From positions 9,424,001 through 9,488,000 of the forward strand of contig CATNEN010000039.1 of the NCBI GenBank assembly GCA_950097015.1: a DNA stretch of 64,000 nucleotides, in the 5' to 3' direction. Source of the stretch: Macrostomum hystrix. Lineage: Eukaryota > Animalia > Platyhelminthes. Numbering within the stretch: the stretch's first letter is position 1; every line of letters begins with the position of its first letter. This document shows positions 44,769-58,273 of this stretch, piece by piece. Below the pieces are notes generated by a model. The model was not told the DNA's origin, did not search any database, and saw nothing but the letters and a program-made list of their open reading frames with translations. The position numbers were made by a program, and so were the translations under genes.

Positions 44769-47700
44769 ATGAATACATTCGCAAGCATTGATGTAACGGC
44801 CTGGCGCGGGGCTCGCGTGCTGTTTTATCACGAGCCATTTGGAGCCTATCTGCCCGGCCAGTTAGTTTCATTCACGCCTGGCAACCAGCGGGCCATTGTT
44901 GAAGTGGAGGAACGCCTGGCTAGCAGTCTAGGCCTGTCTGTCACCGACTATCGCTCGGTGAAGCTGAAACTCAAGAGCGCCAGCCTAGCTGCGGGCCCTG
45001 GCGACGGCGCTGATCGTCTAACTAGCCGACAGTTTCGCGTTCCAATCGAGGACGTGGTTAGTGACGGCGCGCCGCAGCTCACTCAGCTAGCCGAAGGTCA
45101 GCTCGCCTGCGCCCAGCTGCCGCAGGAACAGGAGCCGTACGTTGGCCTCTATCGCCCAGTCATCATTGAAGGCCTGTCGCCAGCTGCCCTGCCCATGGTT
45201 AGTGTTAAACTCGGCGACCAGATACTTTCGGTGCATCGATCCCAGCTCAGACTGCTCAGGCCACCGTGGCAGGACGAGCTAGACGCTTTGGCCGCTGCAG
45301 CCACTGCCGCAGCTGTGGCCGAGTCGACAGCCACCGCGACAACAGCCTCGGCTTCTGACACCGCTGACGATTTTTCGTCTCCGCCGCCAGGCTTGGATGA
45401 CGACGATGAGTCTGGTTAGTGAGGCCACATTCATTTTGGATGCAGCCGCGGAGGGAAGGCTTGGGGATTGTCGTGCAATTTAAGCACTTAAGGGCCAACC
45501 TCCAAAGCACAGTGAGAGTGTACACTGCCTGACGATGCCTGACGAAAGTCAGGGCAGATGTACACACCTACGTGAGTGTGTTCTCAGGAGTCAACGAAAT
45601 GGGCAGAATTGCCTCCTCGCTGGCTGCGGGTCTATTGTCAACAAATGATGTGTCATTGCCCGCAGCCCTCATGCAAATAATAAAGTAAATTTTATTATTA
45701 TTGTGCCTTGCTAATTGGCCCTTCTGGGGCGTAAATTGAACGACCTCTCCACAGTGGATTCGAGCTCGAGACCTTATTGCAAAATTGCCCTGCAAAATAA
45801 ATTCATAAAATACGTTCCTTAAAAAATACATTAGCTGGGACAGATACTAGGGTGGGAGTTTCGGCCTCGCCAGTCCACGGACTGAACAGCTGTACACAGC
45901 CATCGCTGCGACTGTGCCACTGGCTTTAAATTCGGCTTGGTCCAAATAGGTTCTCACAATCAAACAGCGGCATGAGAAAAATCCAACAGACTTGAAGAAG
46001 CTTCCATGAGATTAGATCGATGCCTTAACAAGCACACCTGCGCCTCCGGTTATCTTCAGGTGCTTGTCTGCAGTTATAATATTTTGCGGTTCTTTCAGTT
46101 TGCAAATCTTCTGTTTTCTTTTGGCTTTGAATCAAACGAAAAAAAAAATAATTAAAGGCACCAAATTGTATTTTTTTCTCTTGAAAAATAGGCTTTTATG
46201 ATTTCCCACAAACGCTTTGCTAGTTTATCACCATGCCTGCTCACTGCCTGCTCACAACCCTAGTATATGTTGCCTAGAAGAGATTAGTAAAAAAACTGGT
46301 GAGTTACGCTAGATTGCTTTTCAGTCGTTAAGATAGAAATTTATCCATTTTGTAGATGTTTTCGATTCGCTCTCTCTCATTCTATAGGTAGCTGTCCTCA
46401 AAGGTGCTGTTCGGGATTAAAGCAAATCAAATTTTATCGCAGGCAACCAAAATCCTAAAATCAATTACGCTCGTAAAAGACCAGGAAATGAAAAAATCTA
46501 TTGCGTTCCCCAAAATCATTAAAGTAATTAAAACACACGGATTCAATAAAGCGGTCGATATCCTCAAAATTACAAAGGCAGCCTATATTATAGAAATTCT
46601 AAGAAGCAATAAATTATCCTATATCAATCAATCGATGATCCCATAACAAGTTATCAATTATCCCATGACAAGCAATCAAATTATCCCAGCCAGTGACAAG
46701 CAATTAAATTATCCCAGCCAGTGACAAGCAATCAAATTATCCCAGCCAGTGACAAGCAATTAAATTATCCCAGCCAGTGACTAACAATCAAATTATCCCA
46801 GCCAGTGACAAACAATCAAATTATCCCAGCCAGTGACAAGCAATTAAATTATCCCAGCCAGTGACTAGCAATCAAATTATCCCAGCCAGTGACAAACAAT
46901 CAAATTATCCCAGCCAGTGACAAGCAATCAAATTATCCCAGCCAGTGACTAGCAATCAAATTATCCCAGCCAGTGACAAGCAATCAAATTATCCCAGCCA
47001 GTGACAAACAATCAAATTATCCCAGCCAGTGACAAGCAATTAAATTATCCCAGCCAGTGACAAGCAATTAAATTATCCCAGCCAGTGACAAGCAATCAAA
47101 TTATCCCAGCCAGTGACAAGCAATTAAATTATCCCAGCCAGTGACAAGCAATCAAATTATCCCAGCCAGTGACTAGCAATCAAATTATCCCAGCCAGTGA
47201 CAAGCAATCAAATTATCCCAGCCAGTGACAAGCAATCAAATTATCCCAGCCAGTGACAAGCAATTAAATTATCCCAGCCAGTGACAAGCAATCAAATTAT
47301 CCCAGCCAGTGACAAGCAATTAAATTATCCCAGCCAGTGACAAGCAATCAAATTATCCCAGCCAGTGACAAGCAATTAAATTATCCCAGCCAGTGACAAG
47401 CAATTAAATTATCCCAGCCAGTGACAAGCAATCAAATTATCCCAGCCAGTGACAAGCAATTAAATTATCCCAGCCAGTGACTAGCAATCAAATTATCCCA
47501 GCCAGTGACAAGCAATTAAATTATCCCAGCCAGTGACAAGCAATCAAATTATCCCAGCCAGTGACAAGCAATTAAATTATCCCAGCCAGTGACAAGCAAT
47601 TATATTATCTCAGCCAGTGACAAGCAATCTCCCTGTCTTGCCAGACTGCGATCCCCAGCAGGGTTCGAGCCGCGTCACCAAGGGCGCAGTGGTGTGGACT

Positions 47701-48884
47701 CCGGCCGGCGTTAAGAAGAAATTCAACGGCAAGCAGTGGCGCCGACTGTGCAGCGCGGACGGCTGTTCCAAGGAGAGCCAGCGCCGCGGCTTCTGCTCCA
47801 GGCACCTCAGCCAGAAGGGCAAGGCGAACAAGTAAGCGGTGTGTTGGCAGTTGTTCTGTCTGACTGATTTACTTCAGAAAACTCATTCTCATTCGCAGGT
47901 ACCAGCGTCCCCTAGAGCCTTGGGCGGCTGGTCTTACACCAAACTCCTCGAATTCAGCTGCCGCCGCCGCTACGACCGCCAGCACGTCTCCAGCCGCAGC
48001 TCCATTCACCACAGCTGCGCCACCCACGCAGTCTTTTGTCAACTTCATCGCTGCTTCAGTGTCGTCGATTTCAACTGGGCAGCTGCCGCTTATGCAGCAG
48101 CAGCAAGTGATTCTTCCTCCGTCTTGCACCAGTCTGCTTCCGATCCTGGAATCCGAACTCAGGCACGAGCCAAACCAGCAGCAGCAGATGCCTCCAACCC
48201 TGTCTATGGAGACTTTGGCAGCCGCAGCAGCTGTAGCCAGCGTTGACAATCAGCAGCCACTTCCCCATTTCGCTGCTCCTGAACCACCCAGTCTGGCGAA
48301 GATTTCTGAGGGCTCAACAGTTCCCGCAGATCCTCCCGCCGCTACAGAAGCTGCGGCGGATACAATTGAAGATGAAGACGACGTCTTCCAGCAGCCGGAG
48401 AAGCCGCGCGACTCTCACACCGGTGGCAAGTCTCAGCAACAGTCTGAGCACATTCGCAGGCCTATGAATGCTTTCATCCTGTTCAGCAAGCGCAACCGAG
48501 CCCGCGTACAGGAGGAAAACCCCGGCCTTGACAACCGGGCAGTGAGCAAAATCCTTGGCGAGCTGTGGTACAACCTGTCCAAAACAGATCGTGAGCAGTA
48601 CAACAATTTAGCTAGCCAGGTGAAATCTGAGCACTTCCGGCAGAATCCCAACTTCCGCTGGTCCTCGTCTGCTAAGGAGCGACGCCGATCCGAGTCCGCC
48701 TCGGCCGCTGTTTCAATTCAAGCCTCAGCAGGCGGCGGCGTCGGTGGTGCTAGCAACGGCAGCGATAACAATCTGCGCCTACTGGCCGACGCTGCCGTGG
48801 CTCAGGCTCACCAAAGTGCCTCATCGTCTAGAGGCACTCCGCCGCATCAGCCGCCGCCAAAGTTTCGACGAATGTCCGAGCACC

Positions 48885-48927
<43 letters not shown>

Positions 48928-50766
48928 CAGCTTCCAGCTCTACTCAAGCGGCTGCGGCGCCATCTTGGTTCCCACCACCGTGCAGCCCAGTCTTCTCAGC
49001 ATCACTGATCAGCATCATCATCAGCAGCATCAGCAGCCATCGCCTCTTGAGTCGCCGTCGGCGTTCACGCACTTTGTACTTCGCCGCAACCCGGCGCAGC
49101 CAGTGCAGCATCATCACAGCGACACTTCAACTGTGTCCTCATCAGGCTGCAATGACGAACAACTGGTATCTCGCAGCGGCGGCGGCGGTGGCGGCAGCAG
49201 CAGCAGCAGCACGCACAACAGCGGCGGCAACAACAGCAATAAGCGTCGCGAGAGACCTGCCCCGTTGCAGCTCTCACCGACCATTATTAGCGGCGTTAGC
49301 AACAGTGTCTCCGCCAATAACAATTCCATCTGTGCCCGCAACAATAATGAAACTTCCTCAGACTCGCAGCCCACCGAGGAGGCTAAAAGTACACCCGACG
49401 GAATCTTCAAGCGTCAATTAGATGTGACTACAAAATCAGTGCTCACTGAGGTGGACTTCGGTCGCAAATTCAGCCACCTGCCCGAGTTTCAACCTGGCGT
49501 TGCTCCAGTCTCCGCTTTGAGTCCGCGCAATTTTTTTCAACAGCACTGCCGCAGCGCTCCGCCAACTTCAGTTGACCCAACGTCCTTTTATGCCGCTGCC
49601 GCCGCTGCTGCCGCCGCAGTCGCCGCTGGTCCGGAGCGGCACTTCTTCTTTGGCCAGAATTTTTCACCAGAAGCGGCCGAAGAGTTGGCTAGATCCACAC
49701 TCCAGATGGCTGGCGACGACTTCATCATGGCCACACCAGGTGGCAGCGGTGCCAGCGGCTGCGGTCCTGGCACCCCGCGCAGCCCCGGCGGCAGCGCTAG
49801 GCGGGTTCTGGAGCAACGGCGCAGCCTGGTAACCATGCTGTTTCAGCAATGTGATAACTTCTTTCCAACCAGTGAGTCATCCTGTGCGCACATCCTGTGT
49901 GTGGATTTCTAATCACTCCCATCAAAATCCCCTAATCTTATCCCCTCATTTTATCCGCCCAGACGAACAGTTGGAGAACTTCCAACGCGAGCATTCGGAT
50001 GTGTTTCCTAGCAAGGCCATGCTTACGCTTAAAGTGCGCGAGGTCCGTCAAAAACTCAGGCAGACGGCCAGCCAGGCCTTGCCGAGCAGCCCTGGGACTG
50101 TCGGTGCTGCCAGGGATCATCGGGTCAGTCCTCTGCCTGATGCTCCCATCCTGATTGTATGTTCCCACTGCCTAATTTTCCCATCCTGATTGTCTGTTCC
50201 CACTGCCTGATGCTCCCATCCTGATTGTCTGTTCCCACTGCCTGAACTCATCCTGAGTGTCTTTTCCCACTGCCTAATTTTCCCATCCTGATTGTCTGTT
50301 CCCACTGCCTGATGCTCCCATCCTGATTGTCTGTTCCCACTGCCTGAACTCATCCTGAGTGTCTTTTCCCACTGCCTGAACTCATCCTGAGTGTCTGTTC
50401 CCACTGCCTGAACTCATCCTGAGTGTCTGTTCCCACTGCCTGAACTCATCCTGAGTGTCTGTTCCCACTGCCTGAACTCATCCTGAGTGTCTTTTCCCAC
50501 TGCCTGAACTCATCCTGAGTGTCTTTTCCCACTGCCTGAACTCATCCTGAGTGTCTTTTCCCACTGCCTGAACTCATCCTGAGTGTCTTTTCCCACTGCC
50601 TGAACTCATCCTGAGTGTCTTTTCCCACTGCCTGAACTCATCCTGAGTGTCTTTTCCCACTGCCTGAACTCATCCTGAGTGTCTGTTCTGACAGAACTGC
50701 ATTATTTTTGCACTATTTCAGACTGCGGACTCTACTTCTGCTGCTACGAAGAACACCTTAGATTGA
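44769..50766 (+). CDS. cic: Capicua transcriptional repressor, long-isoform type (~1003 aa, 5 exons)
   Basis: Exons 44769-45414, 47645-47831, 47899-49871, 49963-50123, 50722-50766 are phase-consistent. N1 motif [30 protein letters not shown]; HMG box [14 protein letters not shown]...[14 protein letters not shown]; [14 protein letters not shown]; C1 domain LEQRRSLV...FFPT...[10 protein letters not shown]. The last exon is less certain. Confidence 0.95.
45419..45670 (+). mobile_element. SINE family A copy (5'-truncated) immediately after the cic exon-1 donor
   Basis: gaggccacattcattttggatgcagccgcgg...gcagaattgcctcctcgctggctgcgggtc. Confidence 0.85.
46650..47630. repeat. 28-bp minisatellite in cic intron 1
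   Basis: gacaagcaat(c/t)aaattatcccagccagt x ~34. Confidence 0.97.
50130..50690. repeat. 32/33-bp minisatellite filling cic intron 4
   Basis: cccactgcctgaactcatcctgagtgtct(g/t)tt units. Confidence 0.95.
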
Positions 50767-51165
50767 GTGGCTGTTGTTGATAAATTTTTCAGGAAAAGAA
50801 TCACGCGGCGTTGTGACTTGATCGCTGGTTTTGTTTCGCAAGTTTTGTTTCGTCGCTTTCATTGTGCGCTGTTCTTGTTTGTATTTTATCGGCCGCTACA
50901 TCGATGTATTTTAAAGCTTATTCGAGGCTGTAGAAAGCTTAACAATAATTTTTATAGTTTGCGACACATTGCCGTTGTGTAAATACTTGTACTCATAACT
51001 GCGCCCTCTTTGGTTTATTGTTATTCCAATTGAAATATTTATTTTGTATCCCTTTTTGTGACAAGAAAGAGAGCTCAAATTCACCCGTTTTATTGTTTTC
51101 TCATTTTTTTTTTAAACTAAAAACTGGTTGGGCCTGATTTTATGTACCTCTGTGAGCGAAAAGCG

Positions 51166-51402
51166 CGCTGATTGGACGAGAGCATAAAAACTTAAAATGT
51201 GGGGTTGATTAAATATCGATCGCTGATTGGACGAGAGCATAAACACTAAAAATATAGGATTGATTAAACATCGATCGCTGATTGGACGAGAACATAAACA
51301 CTAAAAATGTGGGGTTGATTAAACATCGATCGCTGATTGGACGAGAGCATAAACACCTAAAATGTGGGGTTGATTGAACATCGCTCGCTGATTGGACGAG
51401 AG
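51166..51402. repeat. 55-bp tandem repeat x4.3, each unit with CTGATTGG (CCAAT box)
   Basis: cgctgattggacgag at 51166, 51221, 51276, 51331, 51386. Confidence 0.92.
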
Positions 51403-51967
51403 CCAATGCAGTTGTTGAAAAATAGTGTGCTGATTGGTCAAGAGTTAAGATCGATTGAGCTCCACCAGTTTATTGCTCTGCTCACTGCGCCCTTGCCCCC
51501 CCCCCAGTCCGAGCTGCGGCTGCCTAATTATGATGCTCTGTGATCCTTGTTTTATATCGATTTCCAACTTTTAGCAAGCCATGGCTGCTCCGGGTCAGTT
51601 TTGTTGCTAAGGGGAAGCAAAGCCTGACTTTTTATTGACGAAGTGCGCCCATTGAGATTTATTTTGAGACTTGTTTCAAATTCTCATGATTATTTTGTTA
51701 TTCATATTCCTTTTTTTCGGATTTTGTATTCCCGATCATGTAGAATTTTGCGCAAACGTGTTTACTTTATTTAATATTTTAAGACAAAAAGTATTACTAG
51801 CCAATAACTCATCCATTGTGTTCGCTGTTCAGTCGCTTGCTTTGTATCCGAAACAGAAATATCATAAACAGAATAATTGTTATGCCATCTAAACAATAGG
51901 ATTTCGTACTTTTTCTCAATCTCAACGGGATATTTTTATCTAAGAAATTATTAATAATCCTTTAAAT

Positions 51968-53245
51968 TGGATATTGTCCAGCAATCCTCAAAATGGGATA
52001 TTGTCCAGCAATCCTCGAAATAAGATATGGTCCAGCAATCCTCAAAATGGGATATTGTCCAGAAATCCTCAAAATGGGATATTGTCCAGCAATCCTCAAA
52101 ATGGGATATTGTCCAGAAATCCTCAAAATAGGATATTGTCCAGCAATCCTCAAAATGGGATATTGTCCAGAAATCCTCAAACTGATATTGTCCAGAAATC
52201 TTCAAAATGGGATATTGTCCAGCAATCCTCAAAATGGGATATTGTCCAGCAATCCTCAAAATGGGATATTGTCCAGCAATCCTCAAAATGGGATATTGTC
52301 CAGCAATCCTCAAAATGGGACATTGTCCAGCAATCCTCAAACTGATATTGTCCAGAAATCCTCAAAATGGGATATTGTCCAGAAATCCTCAAAAAATGGG
52401 ATATTGTCCAGAAATCCTCAAAATGGGACATTGTCCAGCAATCCTCAAACTGATATTGTCCAGCAATCCTCAAAATGGGATATTGTCCAGCAATCCTCAA
52501 ACTGATATTGTCCAGCAATCCTCAAAATGGGATATTATCCAGCAATCCTCAAACTGATATTGTCCAGCAATCCTCAAAATGGGATATTGTCCAGAAATCC
52601 TCAAAATGGGATATTGTCCAGAAATCCTCAAAATAGGATATTGTCCAGAAATCCTCAAAATGGGATATTGTCCAGAAATCCTCAAAATGGGATATTGTCC
52701 AGAAATCCTCAAAATGGGATATTGTCCAGAAATCCTCAAAATGGGATATTATCCAGCAATCCTCAAACTGATATTGTCCAGCAATCCTCAAAATGGGATA
52801 TTGTCCAGCAATCCTCAAAATGGGATATTGTCCAGCAATCCTCAAAATGGGATATTGTCCAGAAATCCTCAAAATGGGATATTGTCCAGAAATCCTCAAA
52901 ATGGGATATTGTCCAGCAATCCTCAAAATGGGATATTGTCCAGCAATCCTCAAACTGACATTGTCCAGCAATCCTCAAACTGATATTGTCCAGAAATCTT
53001 CAAAATGGGATATTGTCCAGAAATCCTCAAAATGGGATATTGTCCAGAAATCCTCAAAATGGGATATTGTCCAGCAATCCTCAAAATGGGATATTGTCCA
53101 GCAATCCTCAAACTGATATTGTCCAGCAATCCTCAAACTGATATTGTCCAGCAATCTTCAAAATGGGATATTGTCCAGCAATCCTCAAAATGGGATATTG
53201 TCCAGCAATCCTCAAAATGGGATATTGTCCAGCAATCCTCAAATT
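51968..53245. repeat. 27/25-bp minisatellite
   Basis: gggatattgtccag(c/a)aatcctcaaaat and tgatattgtccagcaatcctcaaac units. Confidence 0.97.
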
Positions 53246-53783
53246 GAACATCGTCTTACCAATCCTGAAAAGGGGTATTTTCCAGTAATCGTCAAATCAT
53301 TGGATATTAGTGGTTAAAAAAATGATTAAGTCCTGAAGACCTTATTGGTGGCTATAATAAAGATTATAAGATAAAGATTCGTCGTAAATAATGTAATCAT
53401 TTTATTGATATTGTCAATTAAAATCCTATGTTTGATTCGTGGTATCTTGTGAAATCTCATTCTAAAATATTCAAGCAGGCCTGTGATTTATGTACAACGC
53501 GTGTTCTTGCTTTGGTTCTTCATATCCTTACAATTTTATTTTTTCTTAAATTCTTTCTTCTTATATCTAAAACCTTACGTTTTCGTAATGCAGCCAAACT
53601 TTTTTAAACAAAGTTTGACAATGGCTAGTATTCCAAGTTTAATGAACTTCAAGGTGTGTATGTACATTGTCGACCGCTAATTGGTTTCTGATGTTGTACA
53701 GCCCTCAGCCATGTGCAATTCAAGATTTTACTGTTTGGCTTTTTGTGGAATCTTTTGTGTATAAGAAAATACAACATTCTCAT

Positions 53784-54452
53784 CCATCTGGGATATCCTT
53801 ATCTATCTGAGATTACTGGGATATCCTTATCCATCTGGGATAACTGGGATATCCTTATCTATCTGGGATAACTGGAATATCCTTATCGATCTGGGATAAC
53901 TGGGATATCCTAATCTATCTGGGATAACTGGGATATCCTTACCTATCTGGGATAACTGGAATATCCTTATCTATCTGGGATAACTGGAATATCATTATCT
54001 ATCTGGAATATCCTTATCTATCTGGGATAACTGGAATATCATTATCTATCTGGGATAACTGGGATTTCCTTACCTATTTTGGATAACTGGAATATCCTTA
54101 CCTATTTGGGATAACTGGGATATCCTTACCTATTTGGGATAACTGGGATATCCTTATCCATCTGGGATAACTGGGATATCCTTATCTATCTGTGATAACT
54201 GGGATATCCTTATCTATCTGGGATAACTGGGATATCCTTACCTATCTGGGATAACTGGAATATCCTTACCTATTTGGGATAACTGGAATATCCTTACCTA
54301 TCTGGGATAACTGGGATATCCTAATCTATCTGGGATAACTGGGATATCCTTATCTATCTGGGATAACTGGAATATCCTTATCTATCTGGGATAACTGGGA
54401 TATCCTTATCTATCTGGGATAACTGGGATATCCTTATCCATCTCGGATAACT
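53784..54452. repeat. 28-bp minisatellite
   Basis: atctgggataactgggatatccttatct units. Confidence 0.95.
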
Positions 54453-55069
54453 GTCTGTATTAACTTATATCTAATCTAAATCTCCAAATATCGATCACAG
54501 TGCGCAATTGTTTTGTCTTTTTTAAAGTATAATAAACTGTTTATATATTGTCTTTCTCATCTCTACCTCCATTTATTCAGCTTAAGCGAAACTCGCTCTA
54601 ACGTGAAATCACGCTAACCATCAGTCTAAGGCGCGCCTAATTATTATCAACAGATTTGCTAAATTCGCTTTCTAGACTCAAACGCTATCGTTTGTTGTCA
54701 AGTTTTGCAGATTATAGACAGGTGTTTAATGTAGAAAATTGGCTTTGCCATATCCTGAGCAGATTTTTATTCTTGTGTTTTTTTCTCTGTCTTTAATTAG
54801 GTATTCATAAATATTCAATAATTCTTGTGCTCTTCTGCTGCGTGTAAACTTTATCCATTTCCGAGGCCGTTGTCGTGTTTTGCCAGAATCTTTCGCTTTG
54901 AAAAACATGTTATAATCTCTCGTCTGTCAGCTCGTGCTCAGGTCATTGTTCCGCTCCGTGCTCCGCTCCCAGGAATCGTTTTTACCAGCTTCATTCAAAC
55001 TGACCTGCTTCAAGCTTCTTCTCATGTTCTTCTCATGCTTTTCCCATAGTTTCACACTCTTCCTCAATC

Positions 55070-56435
55070 TTCTCACACTCTTCCCCTATCATCTTACACT
55101 CTTCCCCTATCATCTTACACTCTTCCCCTATCATCTCACACTCTTCCCCTATCATCTCACACTCTTCCCCTATCATCTTACACTCTTCCCCTATCATCTC
55201 ACACTCTTCCCCTATCATCTCACACTATTCCCCTATTATCTCACACTCTTCCCCTATCATCTTACACTCTTCCCCTATCATCTCACACTCTTCCCCTATC
55301 ATCTCACACTCTTCCCCTATCATCTTACACTCTTCCCCTATCATCTCACACTCTTCCCCTATCATCTCACACTATTCCCCTATTATCTCACACTCTTCCC
55401 CTATCATCTCACACTCTTCCCCTATCATCTTACACTCTTCCCCTATCATCTCACACTCTTCCCCTATCATCTCACACTCTTCCCCTATCATCTCACACTC
55501 TTCCCCTATCATCTTACACTCTTCCCCTATCATCTCACACTCTTCCCCTATCATCTTACACTCTTCCCCTATCATCTCACACTCTTCCCCTATCATCTCA
55601 CACTATTCCCCTATTATCTCACACTCTTCCCCTATCATCTCACACTCTTCCCCTATCATCTTACACTCTTCCCCTATCATCTCACACTCTTCCCCTATCA
55701 TCTCACACTCTTCCCCTATCATCTTACACTCTTCCCCTATCATCTCACACTCTTCCCCTATCATCTCACACTATTCCCCTATTATCTCACACTCTTCCCC
55801 TATCATCTTACACTCTTCCCCTATCATCTCACACTCTTCCCCTATCATCTCACACTCTTCCCCTATCATCTTACACTCTTCCCCTATCATCTTACACTCT
55901 TCCCCTATCATCTTACACTCTTCCCCTATCATCTCACACTCTTCCCCTATCATCTCACACTCTTCCCCTATCATCTTACACTCTTCCCCTATCATCTCAC
56001 ACTCTTCCCCTATCATCTCACACTCTTCCCCTATCATCTTACACTCTTCCCCTATCATCTCACACTATTCCCCTATTATCTCACACTCTTCCCCTATCAT
56101 CTTACACTCTTCCCCTATCATCTCACACTCTTCCCCTATCATCTTACACTCTTCCCACCTTCTCACACTCTTCCTATATTCTCACACTCTTCTCATCATC
56201 TCACACTCTTCTCATCATCTCACACTCTTCCTATATCATCTCACACTCTTCCCCTATCATCTCACACTCTTCCCCTATCATCTTACACTCTTCCCACCTT
56301 CTCACACTCTTCCTATATTCTCACACTCTTCTCATCATCTCACACTCTTCTCATCATCTCACACTCTTCTCATCATCTCACACTCTTCTCATCATCTTAC
56401 ACTCTTCCCACCTTCTCACACTCTTCCTATATTCT
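55070..56435. repeat. 21-bp pyrimidine-rich minisatellite
   Basis: cacactcttcccctatcatct x ~55, degenerating at the 3' end. Confidence 0.97.
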
Positions 56436-57296
56436 CATGTTCTCATTTTTCCCATTTTCTGATGATCCTCACATCTTCTCAAGCCATCCGACTCAGTAGG
56501 TGTCAATTATGAAGCAAAGTTACCCCCCACCCTGGCGAGCCCTCTTAGACTTTTGCACCGTGTATCTCGCACTGTCTTTCTCACCGCTTGTTGACGCGAA
56601 GTCGCTTTCTTAAAGATATTTTTCTCACTTGTGTTTGTTTTACTTCTTGCATGCTTTTTTTTTGTTTTCGCCATTTTAAGTGAGCTAAATTTCGTTAAAA
56701 TATATTTTTAGATTTCTATTGATCGATATTTGAATGTATTAGTAATTATAGTGTGGCTAATTGTGTCAACTATTTATTGATCTGTGCGCGAAGTTTGTCA
56801 TTGGCTTTCATTGTGATTGTTGATTGTGTACATCAAAATAATTCTGCTATAGAATGAATCCAGTTACTTTATAGATGCGCTTTGGGACAAAACTAACTAA
56901 AATAAACGATTTTATTTTCTGTGTGCCATGAGAAATTGTTCTGTTTAAAAAAATAAATTTATTTTTCTGTCCCGACTTTCGTTCACTTTTTTTTCTTATG
57001 CTGATTCAATGACCGTTTCTTCTGATTTCATTTCTGAGATTGTTATTAGACTTCACATCGCTTTCAAAGGGATTAACTAAGATGAGATGAAAAAGGCTAT
57101 TTGATGATTTGAACTGGAGTAAGAGAGCCGAGATTTCAGTTTCAGGTGGAACTTTGATATCACATCGTTTGTGATCGCGGCTTCATTTTCAAAAGTCCGA
57201 ATAAACACGACCAAGAGAGGTCGCTAATGACGCAAATTGTGTATTTTAATCAAAGAGATTTGACACATTTTAGATAAAAACATCCCATTGCCTATT

Positions 57297-58068
57297 TAGT
57301 TACCTAGCTGTTAGACAGTTGTATTACCCTAGTTACCTAGCTGTTAGACAGTTGTGTTGCCCTAATTACCTAGCTGTTAGACAGTTGTGTTGCCCTAGTT
57401 ACCTAGCTGTTAGACAGTTGTGTTGCCCTAGTTACCTAGCTGTTAGACAGTTGTGTTGCCCTAGTTACCTAGCTGTTAGACAGTTGTGTTGCCCTAGTTA
57501 CCTAGCTGTTAGACAGTTGTGTTGCCCTAGTTACCTAGCTGTTAGACAGTTGTGTTGCCCTAATTACCTAGCTGTTAGACAGTTGTGTTGCCCTAGTTAC
57601 CTAGCTGTTAGACAGTTGTGTTGCCCTAGTTACCTAGCTGTTAGACAGTTGTGTTGCCCTAGTTACCTAGCTGTTAGACAGTTGTATTACCCTAGTTACC
57701 TAGCTGTTAGACAGTTGTGTTGCCCTAGTTAACTAGCTGTTAGACAGTTGTGTTGCCCTAATTACCTAGCTGTTAGACAGTTGTGTTGCCCTAGTTACCT
57801 AGCTGTTAGACAGTTGTGTTGCCCTAGTTACCTAGCTGTTAGACAGTTGTGTTGCCCTAATTACCTAGCTGTTAGACAGTTGTGTTGCCCTAGTTACCTA
57901 GCTGTTAGACAGTTGTGTTGCCCTAGTTACCTAGCTGTTAGACAGTTGTGTTGCCCTAGTTAACTAGCTGTTAGACAGTTGTGTTGCCCTAGTTACCTAG
58001 CTGTTAGACAGTTGTATTACCCTAGTTGCCTAGCTGTTAGACAGTTGTATAGTTACCTAGCTGTTAGA
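57297..58068. repeat. 36-bp minisatellite
   Basis: tagttacctagctgttagacagttgtgttgccc-type units. Confidence 0.97.
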
Positions 58069-58273
58069 TATATTTACCCCATTCGCAGTATACAAAGCAA
58101 ATCACCTGACTAGTACGCAATCATTGGTCTCTAATTTTGAAACAGTTTCTGCGTCATCGCTCACTATTAGCAGGCTAATGTCTTGAAGAATTTACATCAA
58201 TGACGCACCTGAAAAAAATTACGCAAAACATACTACTCGAACTATACTGAACAGTAGTATTTAAGGTGTGTAG

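Noticed and set aside
51951-57963. Long repetitive ORFs (e.g. 521-aa HLTLFPY repeat, YLAVRQLCCPS repeat)
   Set aside because: Minisatellites with periods divisible by 3; no unique coding flanks.
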